A DNA stretch of 64,000 nt from NCBI RefSeq assembly GCF_006345805.1, contig NC_043002.1, forward strand, positions 120,280,001 through 120,344,000, written 5' to 3'. Shown piece after piece: positions 10,616-25,148 of the stretch (positions within the stretch are counted from its first letter, which is position 1; each line of letters opens with the position of its first letter). Made by a program: the position numbers and the translations under genes. The stretch is from Octopus sinensis. Taxonomy: Eukaryota. The notes under the pieces were generated by a model. The model was not told where the DNA came from and did no database searches. It worked only from the letters and a program-made list of their open reading frames with translations.

Positions 10616-13600
10616 ATCTTGGTCCTACGATATTTCAAAGTTCTGATTTGTAACATCTACTCATACATTATGTTAGACTTTATTCACAGTACGCTTCCGG
10701 TATTAGCCCATTCATTTTCTCGTCGCAGATTTACTTCTGTGATCTGTATTAGTCGTAATTAAGAAGTGGTTTCATATTTCTAAGCTGCTTGGGATCAACT
10801 CTTTAGCAACGTATGGCAATTAAACAACAACCAAGAAATATTTGTAAGAGAAAATTTAGTAAATGCTAAATATTATACTAAGGGTTAAACATTTAAAGTT
10901 CAGAATAGGCGTAGCTGTATGATAAAGAATTACAGCCTTGCGTGTTAGGAACATATTTTTGAATACACTAATGATAAAGCTGTTCAAACTAAATATGCAT
11001 GAACTAACAAAAATTTCAATGGAAACAAAATGAAATTATAAAAACTGAAAACAAGATTGAAAAAATTTGGACATGAAAGATGGGGAAAAACTTTAATTTT
11101 GTGAATTTGAAAGACGGTATTTGATAACAAACATGTTCGTATAAACATGTCTACAGTTTAAGCCAAACTTAAACCGTGATTCTATTAGAAATTCCTACAG
11201 CTTCTAAATTCTGTTTATCAGGATTCTCAAACCCGATATAATTGCGGTAGCTAATATACTTTAAAAATTGTTTGAATACAAGTAAATAGAATATCTGGTA
11301 TTCAAGTAAGTTGCCAATTATATATAGATTTACAGCGAATATGACAATACTAGAAAAGGCGCCTACAGTTAAAATAAGATGTATGCGTGTCTGTGTGTGT
11401 ACGCGTGTACTTATTTATATGTGCATGAGGGCATGCATGTATCTAACTGTGTTTTAGTTATGTCAAGATAAACCTAAATAGAAATTTTGGACAATATATC
11501 AGTAATTTTCTAAAATAAACAATAATTCAAATAGTTTTACCATAGAAGATACATAATTACTAGTATTTTGCTATTTTGTAATTATTACAAATGTCATTTG
11601 GCAGCTGTATTAATTGTATTGTTATTAATCGCATGAAATTTTACACATATTAAATTCATTTGCTCAATCGTACATAATTAAAATATAAATACAACGTATA
11701 CTGATATACATCTAAACGTTACTACTCCAATCATATTAAGCATTGTACATGCAGCTATATTCGCTGGCTTGATCGTATTATATATAAAGCATTAACAAAT
11801 TTTATATAGAGTATTATCCATGCATGTACATTTACCCTCTACGCCGCCGGTGATTTTCAAGAGAAAGGCTTTTTAAAGGCCAATCAGGTTGATACTAGTG
11901 CTATCGCACGTGTTGTCCTCAGCACGCAGAGAGCTAATAGACGTGCCACAAGGCCTCCAATATATTCACAAATTCACTGCCCTGCGTGGGTACGTTTTTT
12001 ATTGACCCGGAAATTCTAAAGGGTAAAGTTGATTTTGGCGAGATGTAAAATGAAAGCACAGAGTCGGAACAAATATTGTAAGGTATTCTGTCAAAGGCTC
12101 TAAACTCTCCCCAATTTATCACCATGATACCAAACAGTCATTTCATAAATATACACGTTCTTGTCACGGTAGTGCACTTGAAAAGCAAAAGAAGACAACA
12201 AATTTAGTTAGATAAATCCATGCCTTACAAAATATCCATTGATTTCTAGTATACTTTATTTCAACTAGTTTTCTTGTAGTTTGGCATTTTGTTTTCTAAT
12301 CACTTACATTCCTTCGGCAATGATCAATGCATGATGGCTTTGAGCATCTGTTAAACATCGCCTTCAATTCAGAATCATGATAACATTTAATTTTTTTTTA
12401 TCTAAAGTTTGAGAAACGTATTCATTGCAGACATGATTCTAACACTATGCTAAATAAATAACTCAGGGTGAACACAAAAAGAAATTATAGTGTTATATAC
12501 AGATTTTGTTTAACCTTTTTTATTGTTTTTTTTTTTGTGTGTTAATAATGAAATCATATTATTCTTCAGTTTATATAAGATATTAGATGATTATAAGCAT
12601 ATATCAAAACTTTACATGTTTGTTGTTCCCTTATATAACGACACAAAGATATTTTTATGTATGATTATTACGCTTGTTTTATTTTAGTAAAGACTTCATG
12701 CCAATTATCTTTAAAAGAACCTTAGAAGTTTTCTTATCTTAACAACTAATAGACATTAAAAATCAATCTTCCATCTGTTTTGATTCGAAGATCAAACAGT
12801 CTAGGTTTGGATCAAAAGTACAATATTCGTGACGAATTGAGATATTGGAAACCCAGAGGAAATGAATAAACGGAATATCAACAAATAAAGAATTAATTAG
12901 ATGTAGCATCCGATACTGTCATAGGTTATCCTTTATAATGCTATTGTTGTTATGCGTATTGCTGCAGCCTCTATTGTTGCCAGTTCCAGGTTCTTCTAAA
13001 ATTTCAGATGCGCACCTTCTAGAAATATTCTACATCTGTCATGTTATATATTTTAATATATCGTAATAGATAAAATGGAATTTGGATGGATAGCGTTGAA
13101 TATATGAATATATTATACAGGGTATACATATGGACATTATATACTCTATATGCTCATAAAACATATATTTATATATATTTTTTAATGTGCATGTGATTAT
13201 ATATTATTGTATTTATAATATATACAAACGTATAATATACAAGTTATTGGTATAAAACGTTACGATATTATCAATTATTATTGAATTATCGAATACTGAT
13301 ATAGATGGCATCTCACTGTACCCTACTTATAGCACTAAAATAATAACATGTAATATTTAGTTTATAATGCATTTCTGCATTATATGCTATAGTACAGCAT
13401 ATGATGATACAGTATTTTATAAGTTTACTATGAAATACCTTAACGTATAATATAATATCCTACATTTCTAATACCGATATCATATTAACGTCTAAGAAAC
13501 ATAATGTGGATTTCTGAAACTATTTCACTGTGAAGAAATTGTACTCTTTTTAGTACTCTTAATATATTGCAATAGTTAAAACAAATATGTAATTTTGCGT

Positions 13601-14064
13601 AATATTGAGATAGAAACAATAGATTTATTAAATATGCTATTAGCTCTCTCTATATATATATAAATAATATAATATAACATAATATAGTATAATAATATAT
13701 ATATATTTATCTAATACTATTCATCTTTATATAGCAAAAACCATTTTCCGTTGGTTATTCAATACCTAACACACACACAAATATATATATATATATATAC
13801 TATATATATTATATATATATATATATATACAACATTTCAGGTTTATTGGTGCTACATTCAGATTATGAGTAAAATAAAAGAATATACGTTTTACCTTAGA
13901 TGTATTAGCTAGACGCAGCAATTGATATATAATAAAGTTTTAATCAGTGACAATAGAAAGTATTAATATAGTCCATTGAAGGAACTGATATATATATATA
14001 TATTATATATATATATATATAATATATATATATAAAAGAACAAGCTGAAGTAAGAACTCTAATA

Positions 14065-14270
14065 TTGATTTCAATCTTTGGCAGAAGCCCAGACATTTCA
14101 TGAGAAAAGTAAGTCGATTACATCGACTAAAGTGCTCTACTGGTACCTATTTTATCGACACGGATTGATGAAAGGCAAAGTCGATCTCGGCGGAATCTGA
14201 ACTCCAAATGTAAAGACAGATTAAATGTTGCTAAACATTTTGACCTGCGTGCTAAATATTCTGCCATCCA
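14065..14270 (-). mobile_element. SINE family B copy
   Basis: gatgaaaggcaaagtcgatctcggcggaatctgaactc is the reverse complement of the B core. Confidence 0.75.
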
Positions 14271-15269
14271 TAGTCAGAACTTTAATATTAATAGTTAATA
14301 ATCAGTCGATGTGTCGGATAATTCCTACGAAATATGTTTCAATATAACTTACATTTTACTGTTTTATGTGGTACTGAACAAGCACCAAAACTCTGTGAAT
14401 ATAGCAACCTAGGTAGCACTCATCCGAATGCATTTGTTTAATACGGGAAGTGTCCATATATTTGCAGCATTAGTTAAAGATAATTTTAATATTGACGCAA
14501 GGATAGAAGAAAATATGGGTTGGCATTGTTGATTCAGCAGATCCTAGTGTATTGTTACTCCTTCCTTTATCGACTAACCGAAAGTCGGCTCTGGTGGGAT
14601 TTGGACTTAGATTTTAAGAAAACATAAGTAAAGCGTTGTTCTACGGTTTTAGATTCCAACCTTTCCCGATAAGAATAATAATATTACTAATAATATGACT
14701 GACTGAAAACATCTCACGACAGCGTTCTGTGTTCATAAGGAAAGGTTTACAAAGTAACAATCTGAGTTGAAAGTTCGATGAATTGGGGTTTTTTTCTACA
14801 GACAAAAGTGCCTTTTCGGTGTTTAATATGTAAAAACCAACAACAGATGTTATTAGTTCAACTAAACACAATTGAAATTTTTGAAAGATATAAAAAATGC
14901 AGTAATCTATATTATTATGATTTTTTTTTTACATTTGCAAAATAAAATTTCGATGATACCCTGCCTTGACTTGTAAGACACCCTTGAACTGGAAGCCAGC
15001 CCGTCGTTGGGTTAACCCGTCATCCCTTACATAGTGCCACCACTAATTTTAACTGAGTGTGTTAGAGCAACCTGAAGCGCAGTGTTTGTTCAAGAGCTAA
15101 ATGTCCTGCTCGATTTGGAAATCAGTCACGAACTTACAATTATTTATCCAACACCATAACCAGACGGCTATGCAACGAGCATGTACACTCACACACATAC
15201 ACACAAGCACTTGTCTGTATGTTTACAAGTGAGTGTGAGTTCGCAGATATGTTTATGCGTGAGTGGGAG

Positions 15270-15830
15270 TGTACACGATTCTCAGCCCGCTTCTCAACTT
15301 GTGCATGTTTTTCCGTTCAACTCTTCAACTTTTTGACGTCAACACTTCCATGCCACGTATTCATTGGCTGTCAGGACTTCCTATAGGGGCCACATGCCTG
15401 TGGTATACACTAAAGGCATAGCCTAGCCAGCTGAGTTACCAACTTTTATTTCAAGGACTTTTATTGCAAGTTGTTTTCTGGGATAGCTTTCATTTGGCGC
15501 TTTGTTGGACATGAAGATGTGGTAAATATTTCTCAAGTGCACATTGTGTAAAGCATTGATGCTATTGATATTTCCTTAAACCATCCACCTTCATGCATAA
15601 CCGAACACTAGGGCAGATTAGCTGATACAGGGTCCAATCTCATTCTTCCATCGCTATATTGGTGCAGACTTTCAGCTTATTTGAAGTTTTGCGAATTCCC
15701 CTCGAGTTTTCATAAGGAGAATATGTTGAATAAAATGATATTGAACTGATTCTCCTGCATTTGCTTTTACCCAAAGCCATGAACTTTTCATCGCCCCTTT
15801 CCATCGTGGGCATATAATATATACATATAC
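15270..15830 (-). mobile_element. degenerate RTE-type LINE 3' fragment
   Basis: Minus-strand reading ...INALHNVHLRNIYHIFMSNKAPNEKL...LSWLGYA...AENR fits the RTE C-terminal pattern FHxxCLRxIxxIxWxxKISN...RWLGH...AxDR; many stops. Confidence 0.55.
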
Positions 15831-16036
15831 AGGGAAATGGTTAACAACCTAAAGCTTTGCATTTGTTGTTTATATCAGACACTCCTGTAACGGTAATTTA
15901 ACCGAAACATGAAAATAACGGTGTAAAAATAAAATATAAATAGAGCTCTGCTGAAATGCGTTCTTCGGTTAATGTTTCAATGTATTTATACATAGTTATA
16001 TGTAAAAATAAGTACATTTATTTAGACATACAAACG

Positions 16037-16182
<146 letters not shown>

Positions 16183-18035
16183 TAGTGTCTGTTAAAAGTT
16201 AATAAAAGTTTGATAGGTTTGTAAGTAGATAAAATCGCAGATTTCCTACCAATTAACTGAATTTGTATTACATAGGAAATGAATTATATATTGCCACATA
16301 ACATTTGAGAGAAACATAATTCTTCGTATACATTTGTCTATTTTGCAACAAATCAAATACTATTATTAACTGGAGAAAATGGATACTAGCAGACTGTAAA
16401 CGACAAATAGAAGCTACGTAAGCTGTACTCAGTGATGTGAATGCTATTATCGAGCAAATATCAATTTACACAAATATATATTTGTATTGAGTGAATATTA
16501 TGGCTTGTAGATTTACACGATATGGAAAGGCCATATGTTATAATGGGTATCTTATAAATATTTGTATAAAATTATATATAACTTTTATCTCTTATTTGTT
16601 TCAGTCAATGCAATACAACCATAATGATGCATTGCCCTGAAGGCGTTAGTCCAACTCCTTAACTAGGACCCGTGAAAAAACTAGGAAAATAATGACCACA
16701 TTTAAAACACTCCCTTTAAAAACTAATATATAAAATCTCTATTTACTGTGGACAATTAGAAAACACAGTAGGACTACACAAATATCTGGAGCAGAAAAAT
16801 ATAAATTTAATAGTAACTGCAATGAACCACGAACAAAAATCTCTTGTTTGTGTTAAAGGAAGTCAATAAATACTAAACAGTGACTGAAATATGAGATAGT
16901 TAAGACGAGAAAGTGAAACAAATAAGGAAATTATAAAGATGCGGAATTCTAAGCTGAAAAGGAGGCTAAATAACGTCATGTTAAATCAATAGTAAGAAAA
17001 TATCTGATATGGCAATTACCTATAAACCATGAACAGAGTGATGATTGGCCAAGAAAACCGTAATTTGGCTAGGATGCACATGACACAAAACTGTTGGTGA
17101 TGGAATTTCTCAATTTCTATTTAATGAGTTACTCCAGTTCCTCGAAGTTTACAGTATCAAGAAATATGCATTCACCTTCCAGTAATCTTGTCATTGTGTA
17201 TTAGTCTTATAGAAATTCAAGCAATATTTGTCAAACGTTGGAACAGACTGAGTTGGCTTGCAAAATGTTCAACCTTCTCCTATCGGCTTCATCCATACAA
17301 TCTTTGTGTGCGTCCAAGATGCCATTACATTCATCCACCTACAGCCGCCTGTATTAATGAATGAGATGTTCTAAGGGATGTATTTAGCTGTCTAATGAAA
17401 TCGGGTCACACAGTTCATATCGAGGCATCACCGAAGGAAGGCGAGCAAGTATATGACGGATATTCTATTAGTGTTGTTGATTATGACAACTAGACGTTGT
17501 AAAATACGTGGTTGATCATGTGTCTATGTTTCAATGTTAATCCCGGGCCACATATTCCAACCATTCTTAGAATGGCCATGTTAGGAGGATGAGAAGAAAC
17601 GAAGGATACGAAATGGGTAACACTTATCCAGAGGTAATCCATTTGCGGACCCCTTACAATGCCCTTTGGAACCTTCTTGTCCAAGATATTTGAACTACTT
17701 CCTCATTTGCGAAAACATTTCCTAATGAATTCACGTATTTGATGTTTGCATCTAACCAGAAGCTTTGTTTTTTTCCTTTATTTGAGTTTTTAGTATAAGT
17801 TCAACACAGCCGATCATTTAGCAACTCTTATTTTATAATCAAGAGAACCGCGTATTTCATGGATCGTCCCAAAAAGAATAATAACGAATGAAAAGCGAGC
17901 TAAAAGAAAAATCATAATAAGAAATATGAACGGGTCCCATTTTTATGGCGAAAATAACAGAAATGGTGCAGAATATACAGAGACACTGAATCCCATGGTG
18001 TTCAGAGCAAATACCTATATACTACTACTTCTAGC

Positions 18036-18045
18036 AATAATAATG

Positions 18046-18091
<46 letters not shown>

Positions 18092-18096
18092 TGATG

Positions 18097-18145
<49 letters not shown>

Positions 18146-18167
18146 TAATAATAATAATAATGATAAA

Positions 18168-18223
<56 letters not shown>
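18036..18223. repeat. (TAA)n microsatellite, 5' flank/target of the R4/Dong element
   Basis: direct reading. Confidence 0.95.
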
Positions 18224-18226
<3 letters not shown>

Positions 18227-21200
18227 AAATACAAACCAAAATAAAAAACAAATCCAAATTGGCAACTATGTAACAAATGAAATAATACGAGAATTAAAAC
18301 CTGATTTTACTGAGTTAAATGAAATTATTTACGCTTCTGCTAGGGCAATTGAAACCAGCTGTATGCCCCCGAAAAAACAAAAAAAAAACAAAACCTGGGA
18401 AGAAATCAAACCTGGAGAAGTAAAATTGAAAAAGAGATTGAATTTATGAGAGGGGAAATATCAATATTAAATGAACTAATATGTGGAAATGATGTAAGAT
18501 CCAGAACAGGAAGAAAGATGAAGAGAAAATTTGGATCCTCACCAAGAGAAGAACTGATATCAATAAAAGAAACGCTGAAACAAAAAGTCCAAGCAAAAGC
18601 CCAAAGAATACGAAGATTTGAGAAGAGAAACAAGTTTTACAAGCAAAATAAGCTGTTCACATCCAATGCCAAAAAATTCTACAGAGAAATAGGGAAGGAG
18701 AAAGTAACCGTTAAAGACCCCCCTCCCATGGAAGAAGTTCAAAACTTTTGGGAAAGGATTTGGAGTGACAAGAAGACGTACAACATAAATGCAGACTGGA
18801 TTATACAAACTGAAGGATCCTACCAAAATTTACAACAACAAGCATGGGAAGACATCACAATAGCAGACCTAAGAAAGGCACTCACGAAGGCCCATAATTG
18901 GAAATCCCCCGGTAAAGATAGGGTGCCGAATTTCTGGCTCGCATCGCTCCCGTGCGCACACGGTAAGCTAGTTCAGCTGCTCAATGGAATTTTGAGAGAC
19001 CCAAAGAAAACACCTGAATGGTTAGCAAGTGGCATTACTTACCTACTCCCAAAGAATAACGAAACCAACCTTCCAAAAAACTATCGGCCTATAACCTGTC
19101 TATCCACCACGTATAAAATCCTAACATCTATCATGGAGAAGAACGATATTTTCCCATTGAACAAAAAGGGTGCCGCCGAGGCTCTTACGGATGCAAAGAT
19201 CAACTGCTAATCAATCGTATGATCCTTGAGAACTGTCACAACAAGCGCAGAAATCTCAGCACCGCATGGATTGACTATAAAAAGGCCTTCGACAGTATAC
19301 CGCATCCATGGATCTTGAGATCGCTGGACATCTTCAAAATTTCCCCTGTGATTTCAAACTTCCTGAAGCACAATATGTCGTTGTGGAATACGAATCTCCA
19401 ATTATACCACTCTAATGGAGTACTTGCCTCAGAAAATATAAACATCAACTGTGGAATTTTTCAAGGTGACTCACTTTCACCTTTAATATTCTGCATAGCC
19501 CTAATACCCCTTACAAGTGAATTAAACAGAACAGGGTATGGGTATAAAATTGCCAATAAAAAAATAAGCCATCTATTTTATATGGATGACTTAAAACTTT
19601 ATGGTAAAGACAATAATGAACTTGAAGGCCTATTGCGCACCGTGAAAGCATTCAGCGATGACATCGGGATGGAGTTTGGACTTGAGAAGTGTGCCAAGGC
19701 CACTTTCCAGAAAGGGAAAGTGAAGACCACAAATTCAGTCGTGTTAGATGTTGACACAGTCATAAGAGAGCTTGAGCAAGAACAGACATACAAATATTTA
19801 GGGATAAATGAAGGCTCTGGTATTCAGCATGCAAGCATGAAAGAGAAAATCAGGAAGGAATGTTATAGGAGAGTTCGTGCAGTCCTGAAATCTGAACTAA
19901 ATGCACGTAACAAGGTGTTGTCTATAAATTCCTTAGCAGTTCCAGTTGTTACTTATAGCTACAATGTGTTGAACTGGAATATGAGTGAAGTAAAGAATAT
20001 AGATAGAAAAATACGCAAGTTCCTGAGTTGTAATAGGATGCACCACCCAAAGGCAGACGTAGATCGCCTTTACCTTCCCAGGGCCCAAGGAGGTCGAGGC
20101 CTGATCCAATTTGAACTAGCTTACAAAACAACCACAATTGGACTGGCCAAATATCTCGAAATATCGAATGACTGGATGCTAAAGCTCGTGGAAAATCACG
20201 AGAGACGAAAGAAGCTTCATTCTATCATCAAGGAAAGCAAAAAATTTGCTATTGATCTCGTGCAGGATACCCAAACTGAACAACCCGAGGGAAGTACGGC
20301 AACTATTGTTGCAAAGAAGGTGAAAATGATGGCAATGAAAAAAGCGCTCGAGCAATTGGCTGATAGGTGGGAGGAGAAACCTCTGCACGGCAAATATGTG
20401 ACCCGCAGCAAACAAGCTGATGTTGACCAGAAGCAAACCCATCAGTGGCTGCGGAGCTCAGGGCTAAAAGCAGAGAGCGAAGGTTTCATCCTGGCTGCTC
20501 AAGACCAAAGCCTATTAACCCGGAACTACCAGGCCAATGTGATGAAAAATGAGCAGACGACCCAAAATGCCGATTCTGCAACGACATGATTGAAACAGTG
20601 GACCACCTAATCTCTGGATGTAAAGTCTTAGCACCAGTGGAGTATAAATTAAGACATGACAGAGTTGGCCAATATCTCCACTGGCTAATAAGTCGGCATT
20701 ACAATATCAAAACTGCCGACAAGTGGTATAATCACCACCCTGAGGCTGTAACTGAAGGAGAAAATGTAACCATTCTGTGGGACTTTCCAGTACATACAGA
20801 CCGAACCATCAAGGCCAATAAACCAGATATTGTTGTGAAAGACCAAAACAATAAAGTTTGCTTATTGATCGACATGAGCATCCCCTGTGATCATAATATC
20901 TCAGCGAAAGAGTTTGACAAGCTCAGAAAATATAAAGACCTACTCATTGAAATTGAGAAAATGTGGCATCTCAAGGCGGTTACATACCAGTGATCGTAGG
21001 AGCACTAGGAATGATCAAGAAGGGAACCGAAAATTATATGAGAATGATCCCTGGCTTACCATCCCTGCAAGAAGTGCAAAAGATTGTCTTAACTGGTACA
21101 TCACACGTATTGAGAAGAGCATTGTCGATGTGAGAACTGTTGCTGCTCATGTATTTTAATTTAACTTTAAAAAAAAATTTAAAAAATTAAAAAAAAATGA

Positions 21201-21318
21201 ACGAACTACTGAGTTTGGATTAATGGCCTACCAATATACACTATGAGTTTCTTTGCCCTAGGAGTCGGGAAGACACTCGGCAAGAAATGGAAGAAAATTT
21301 GAAAGAAGAAAAAAAAAG
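18224..21318 (+). mobile_element. R4/Dong-clade non-LTR retrotransposon (RT plus restriction-like endonuclease), 5'-truncated, about 4 frameshifts
   Basis: ORFs 18446-19210, 19219-20589 and 20586-20993 carry NWKSPGKD, NYRPITCL, AWIDYKKAFDS, GIFQGDSLSP, HLFYMDDLKLY, CRFC..ETVDHLISGC, RHD, KPDIVV..LIDMSIP..K..KY.DL. Both ends lie in (TAA)n. Confidence 0.95.
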
Positions 21319-21339
21319 TAATAATAATAATAATAATAA

Positions 21340-21596
21340 AAACAGAAACAATTCCTATCATAGTAGGTGCATTAGGCATGATAAAAAAATATTCAGACAA
21401 ATACATAACAAAAACACCAGGACTTACAAACACATATAACATACAGAAAATTGCACTACTAGGCACTGCACACATCCTACGCAGAACACTTTCCATACAA
21501 TAACCATCAGAGCATCACAACAAATCACAGCACATACCCAAGGTACACAGAGCTGCGCTCGGTAGTGAAGTGAAAGCACGCTATATAAAATAAATA

Positions 21597-21600
<4 letters not shown>
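21340..21600 (+). mobile_element. 3' end of a second R4/Dong subfamily
   Basis: TETIPIIVGALGMIKK...PGL..YNIQKIALLGTAHILRRTLSIQ*, homologous to but diverged from the preceding element's end (IPVIVGALGMIKK...VQKIVLTGTSHVLRRAL). Own 3'UTR, then (TAA)n. Confidence 0.88.
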
Positions 21601-21627
<27 letters not shown>

Positions 21628-21636
21628 TAATATAAT

Positions 21637-21667
<31 letters not shown>

Positions 21668-22086
21668 TAATAATAATAATAATAATAATAATCATATAAT
21701 AATAATAATAATAATCATGATGATGATGATGATGATCATAGTGATAGACACATGTCAAGAAATTTAGGAATCGGATGTATTGCTTCAATCGACAATATCA
21801 CTCGAGCGATATGTATTGAACGATCATTTTATAATTCAAAAACAGCGCAATAGAAGTTGAGCCGAGAACATAAAGAGGCGAAATTACAAACTGCATGCCT
21901 TTTAGTCTTTATCACATTTGCATTTAATCGCCCTAATAAAAGTACTATTAACAGGTTTCATAAACATACGTACATATGTAAATATACATATATGTATGTG
22001 TATACATATATATGTATATGTATGTACATACACTCCCGCTTAAGTATATACACGGAGACACATTCCTGTAAGTATATCCGTGTTTG

Positions 22087-22171
<85 letters not shown>

Positions 22172-22201
22172 GAAAGTTGGTTTGTGAAAGTACATGGTTG
22201 A

Positions 22202-22838
22202 ATATATAGAAAATAGTAAAAAGTGAAAAAACTACAGAAGGCTTGTTTTAAAAGGTTAAAAAATATATATTTGAGTCAATATGTCTGAAGAATGTTATAA
22301 ATTTTTTTCTGACAATGACATAATTTAGAAGAAATGACCGGTTTCGCTTTCAGCTTTTCAAATTTCTTACGTCGTTATGTTTATGTTGAGAAGAGTTATC
22401 GTTATGTTTATGTTGAGAAGCGTTCTACATAAGGGGAGGTAATAAGTCTAAATTAGACTAAACAAGGAAACATTCTTCATTGAAAAATACAAGCCCAAAC
22501 TTAACCATCCCAACATACTTTTACAGAGAAATTCACTCCAAAAGAAAGGAAAAAAAATTTAAGCGATTATCTCCCTTACTCCGGAAGAAATCACTTATTA
22601 CCTCCCCTTATCTAGAACTCTTCTCAACATAAACATAACGATAACTCTTCTCAACATAAACATAACGACGTAAAAAATTTGAAAAGCTGAACGCGAAACC
22701 GGTCATTTCTTCTAAACTATGTCATTGTAAGAAAAAAATTTATAACATTCTTCAGACATATTGACTCAAATATATATTTTTTAACCTTTTAAAACAAGCC
22801 TTCTGTAGTCTTTTCACTTTTTACTATTTTCTATATAT
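22202..22838 (+). mobile_element. 5'-truncated Penelope-like element with inverted pseudo-LTR (about 245-bp inverted repeat)
   Basis: 22202-22447 is the near-perfect reverse complement of 22593-22838. The spacer encodes IRLNKETFFIEKYKPKLN (GIY-YIG C-terminus, from 22452). Each arm carries a hammerhead motif. Confidence 0.88.
22672..22711 (+). ncRNA. minimal hammerhead motif, U3-A8 variant (mirror copy on - at 22329-22368)
   Basis: Minus copy reads AAGAAAU-UUGAAAA-GCU[GAA]AGC-GAAA-CCGG-UC-AUUUCUU, with a 7-bp helix I and palindromic ACCGGU helix III. The plus copy differs at 2 positions outside the core. Confidence 0.65.
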
Positions 22839-23274
22839 ATATATATATATGCAAGTTTAAATTTTAAATAATAAGGGTGAAAAATTGAATTTTAATTTGA
22901 TTTATACTAATTTAAAACTAGTGTTCTAGCATATAGAAAAATCTGAAGAATCAGAAAAATTATATTACATACATATAAGAGGGATGGCCACTGAGTGGAC
23001 ATCCATTATACTGTATCTTTTCGTTTATCTTGCTCGCTTACATTCTGGCGTTTGCTAAATTTTCTAGAATATTAAATTTTCTAGAACACTAAGAACATTC
23101 CTTTCTTAGTGGTAAGACCATAGGGGGTCGAATTCTAGCATAATAGATGTCCACTTAGTGGTCATCCCACTTATATGTAGGTATATATATATATATATAT
23201 ATATATGCATGCATAAACATATAGAGACACACAGGCACACACTCATATATTTCTATCTATTTATCTATGTATCT

Positions 23275-23313
<39 letters not shown>

Positions 23314-23316
23314 ATA

Positions 23317-23377
<61 letters not shown>

Positions 23378-23398
23378 ATATTTATTTATATATATATA

Positions 23399-23443
<45 letters not shown>

Positions 23444-25148
23444 TATATAATATATATATTATATATATATATAGCGGGTATGTGTATACGACAGCGCGTG
23501 TATATTTAACGTAATTGAATGGTGGTCTCATTTCACCATTTCACTTCGAACTTACCTTCTACTCGCCACCGTTCAGTGACGCTGAAAAGCAATCTCATAA
23601 GCAAAATTTTCTTGTAGATTCAAAACGGTAAAATGCATTGAATGATTCAATTAGTTGAGGAAATGCGACAAATGTATGAAGTGTTTCTTGCAGTAAATCA
23701 AACTTTGAAGTGCGCCGACATCGACTTTAATTAACTATATATCGCGCGCCGTACCTGGCTTATTCCATGATTAATAAATAAGCATATAATTCACGTTGAA
23801 CTGCAATACAATGTGAAATGAATTGAGGATAATTTAGTGAGCTATTAAACTGAAGATAAAGTTCATTGAATATACTTTGGTTTTAATGACGGAAACTTTG
23901 ATATCTTAGAAAATCTGCAGCCATAACCTGAACTATACATTCTTTTTAAGTCTTTGCTTCATCAGCACATTATGCCAAAATTCTTATGCTACATTATCAT
24001 GTAAAATCAATGTTCCTGTGTAAGAGACCATTCTAAAGTTTGTACAAGTCCATAATAGAGACAATGTAATTGAGAGATTAGATATATTTTATATTCTTTT
24101 GTTGATTGTTTGTGTCATTCGTTGGCAATGCAGGATTATAGATATCCGTTAATGGCTGCAGAAACTCATAAACGTAGCTTCATCGAAAGACTTATCAATT
24201 TACAATGCTTTCCATCTCCTCTTACAATTAGGTGGATCGGTCTGTTGAGAGATAAGTGTCTTGTCAATGAACACAATGCACCTATAGTGGAAGAGCATGA
24301 GTCGCTGAATGAATGGCTGCCTCGCTCGACTGAGTAGACTTTACTTCATTGCCGGATTACGTATGGTATGAAAATCCATAGGCTACGAATAAGTTTTCGT
24401 TCATCTTAGGTTAATGAAGGCATGCAGGAAATATATGTATAATCGACCAATCCTATGGCTTTTTAACCAGTATTATTTTTTGTCTTACCTTTATCAAGTC
24501 AATAAATTCAATATTAATATTAATAAAATCATAGACACACAAGTTATACTGGAAACAAAGAAAACGTTTCGCCTTTTTACTCCTGTAAATCATGAAAATA
24601 TGTATAAAAATATAAGTAAAGAACATACGATGTCAAATTGACTAAAATATATTGTTCAAGAATGAAGCAGGTTTTTTAATTTCTTGGAAACCGGTAAGCA
24701 CCGATCCTGCAGAACTTTATATATAGACATATTATAAATATGATTTGTCAGACAGGGTACAGTAAATTTAATTTCAAATATACTTCAGCTTTAATAACTC
24801 CATTTCCTTTGGATGGAAATCTATTTGACATATTTCTAGCAGATTAAACAGCAGCAAATAGGCTCGCTCATTGGCTCATGATGTTGACTCTATTCAAAGT
24901 TGTATTATATCGTAGACGTAAAATGTGCAACTGAAGAATCATATCTATCCGAGATGAAACATATTTCAGGTAGATTTCTCTGTTGGAAATTTTACTTCAA
25001 AATACCTTGTTTGAGCTCGCTGAGAAGAATAGATAACAGGATACCTGGTGAAAAGTATAATATGACCTATTTAACAATTTCGATCATGGAAGATCAAGAA
25101 ATTCACTATAGATAGTTATATAGATGGGAATGAGTAGTATAAAATAAA

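Noticed and set aside
17183-17365. Phase-1 open segment VILSLCISLIEIQAIFVKRW as the TM3 exon
   Set aside because: The hydrophobic stretch is interrupted and short, has no TM3 consensus, and runs to a stop without a clear donor.
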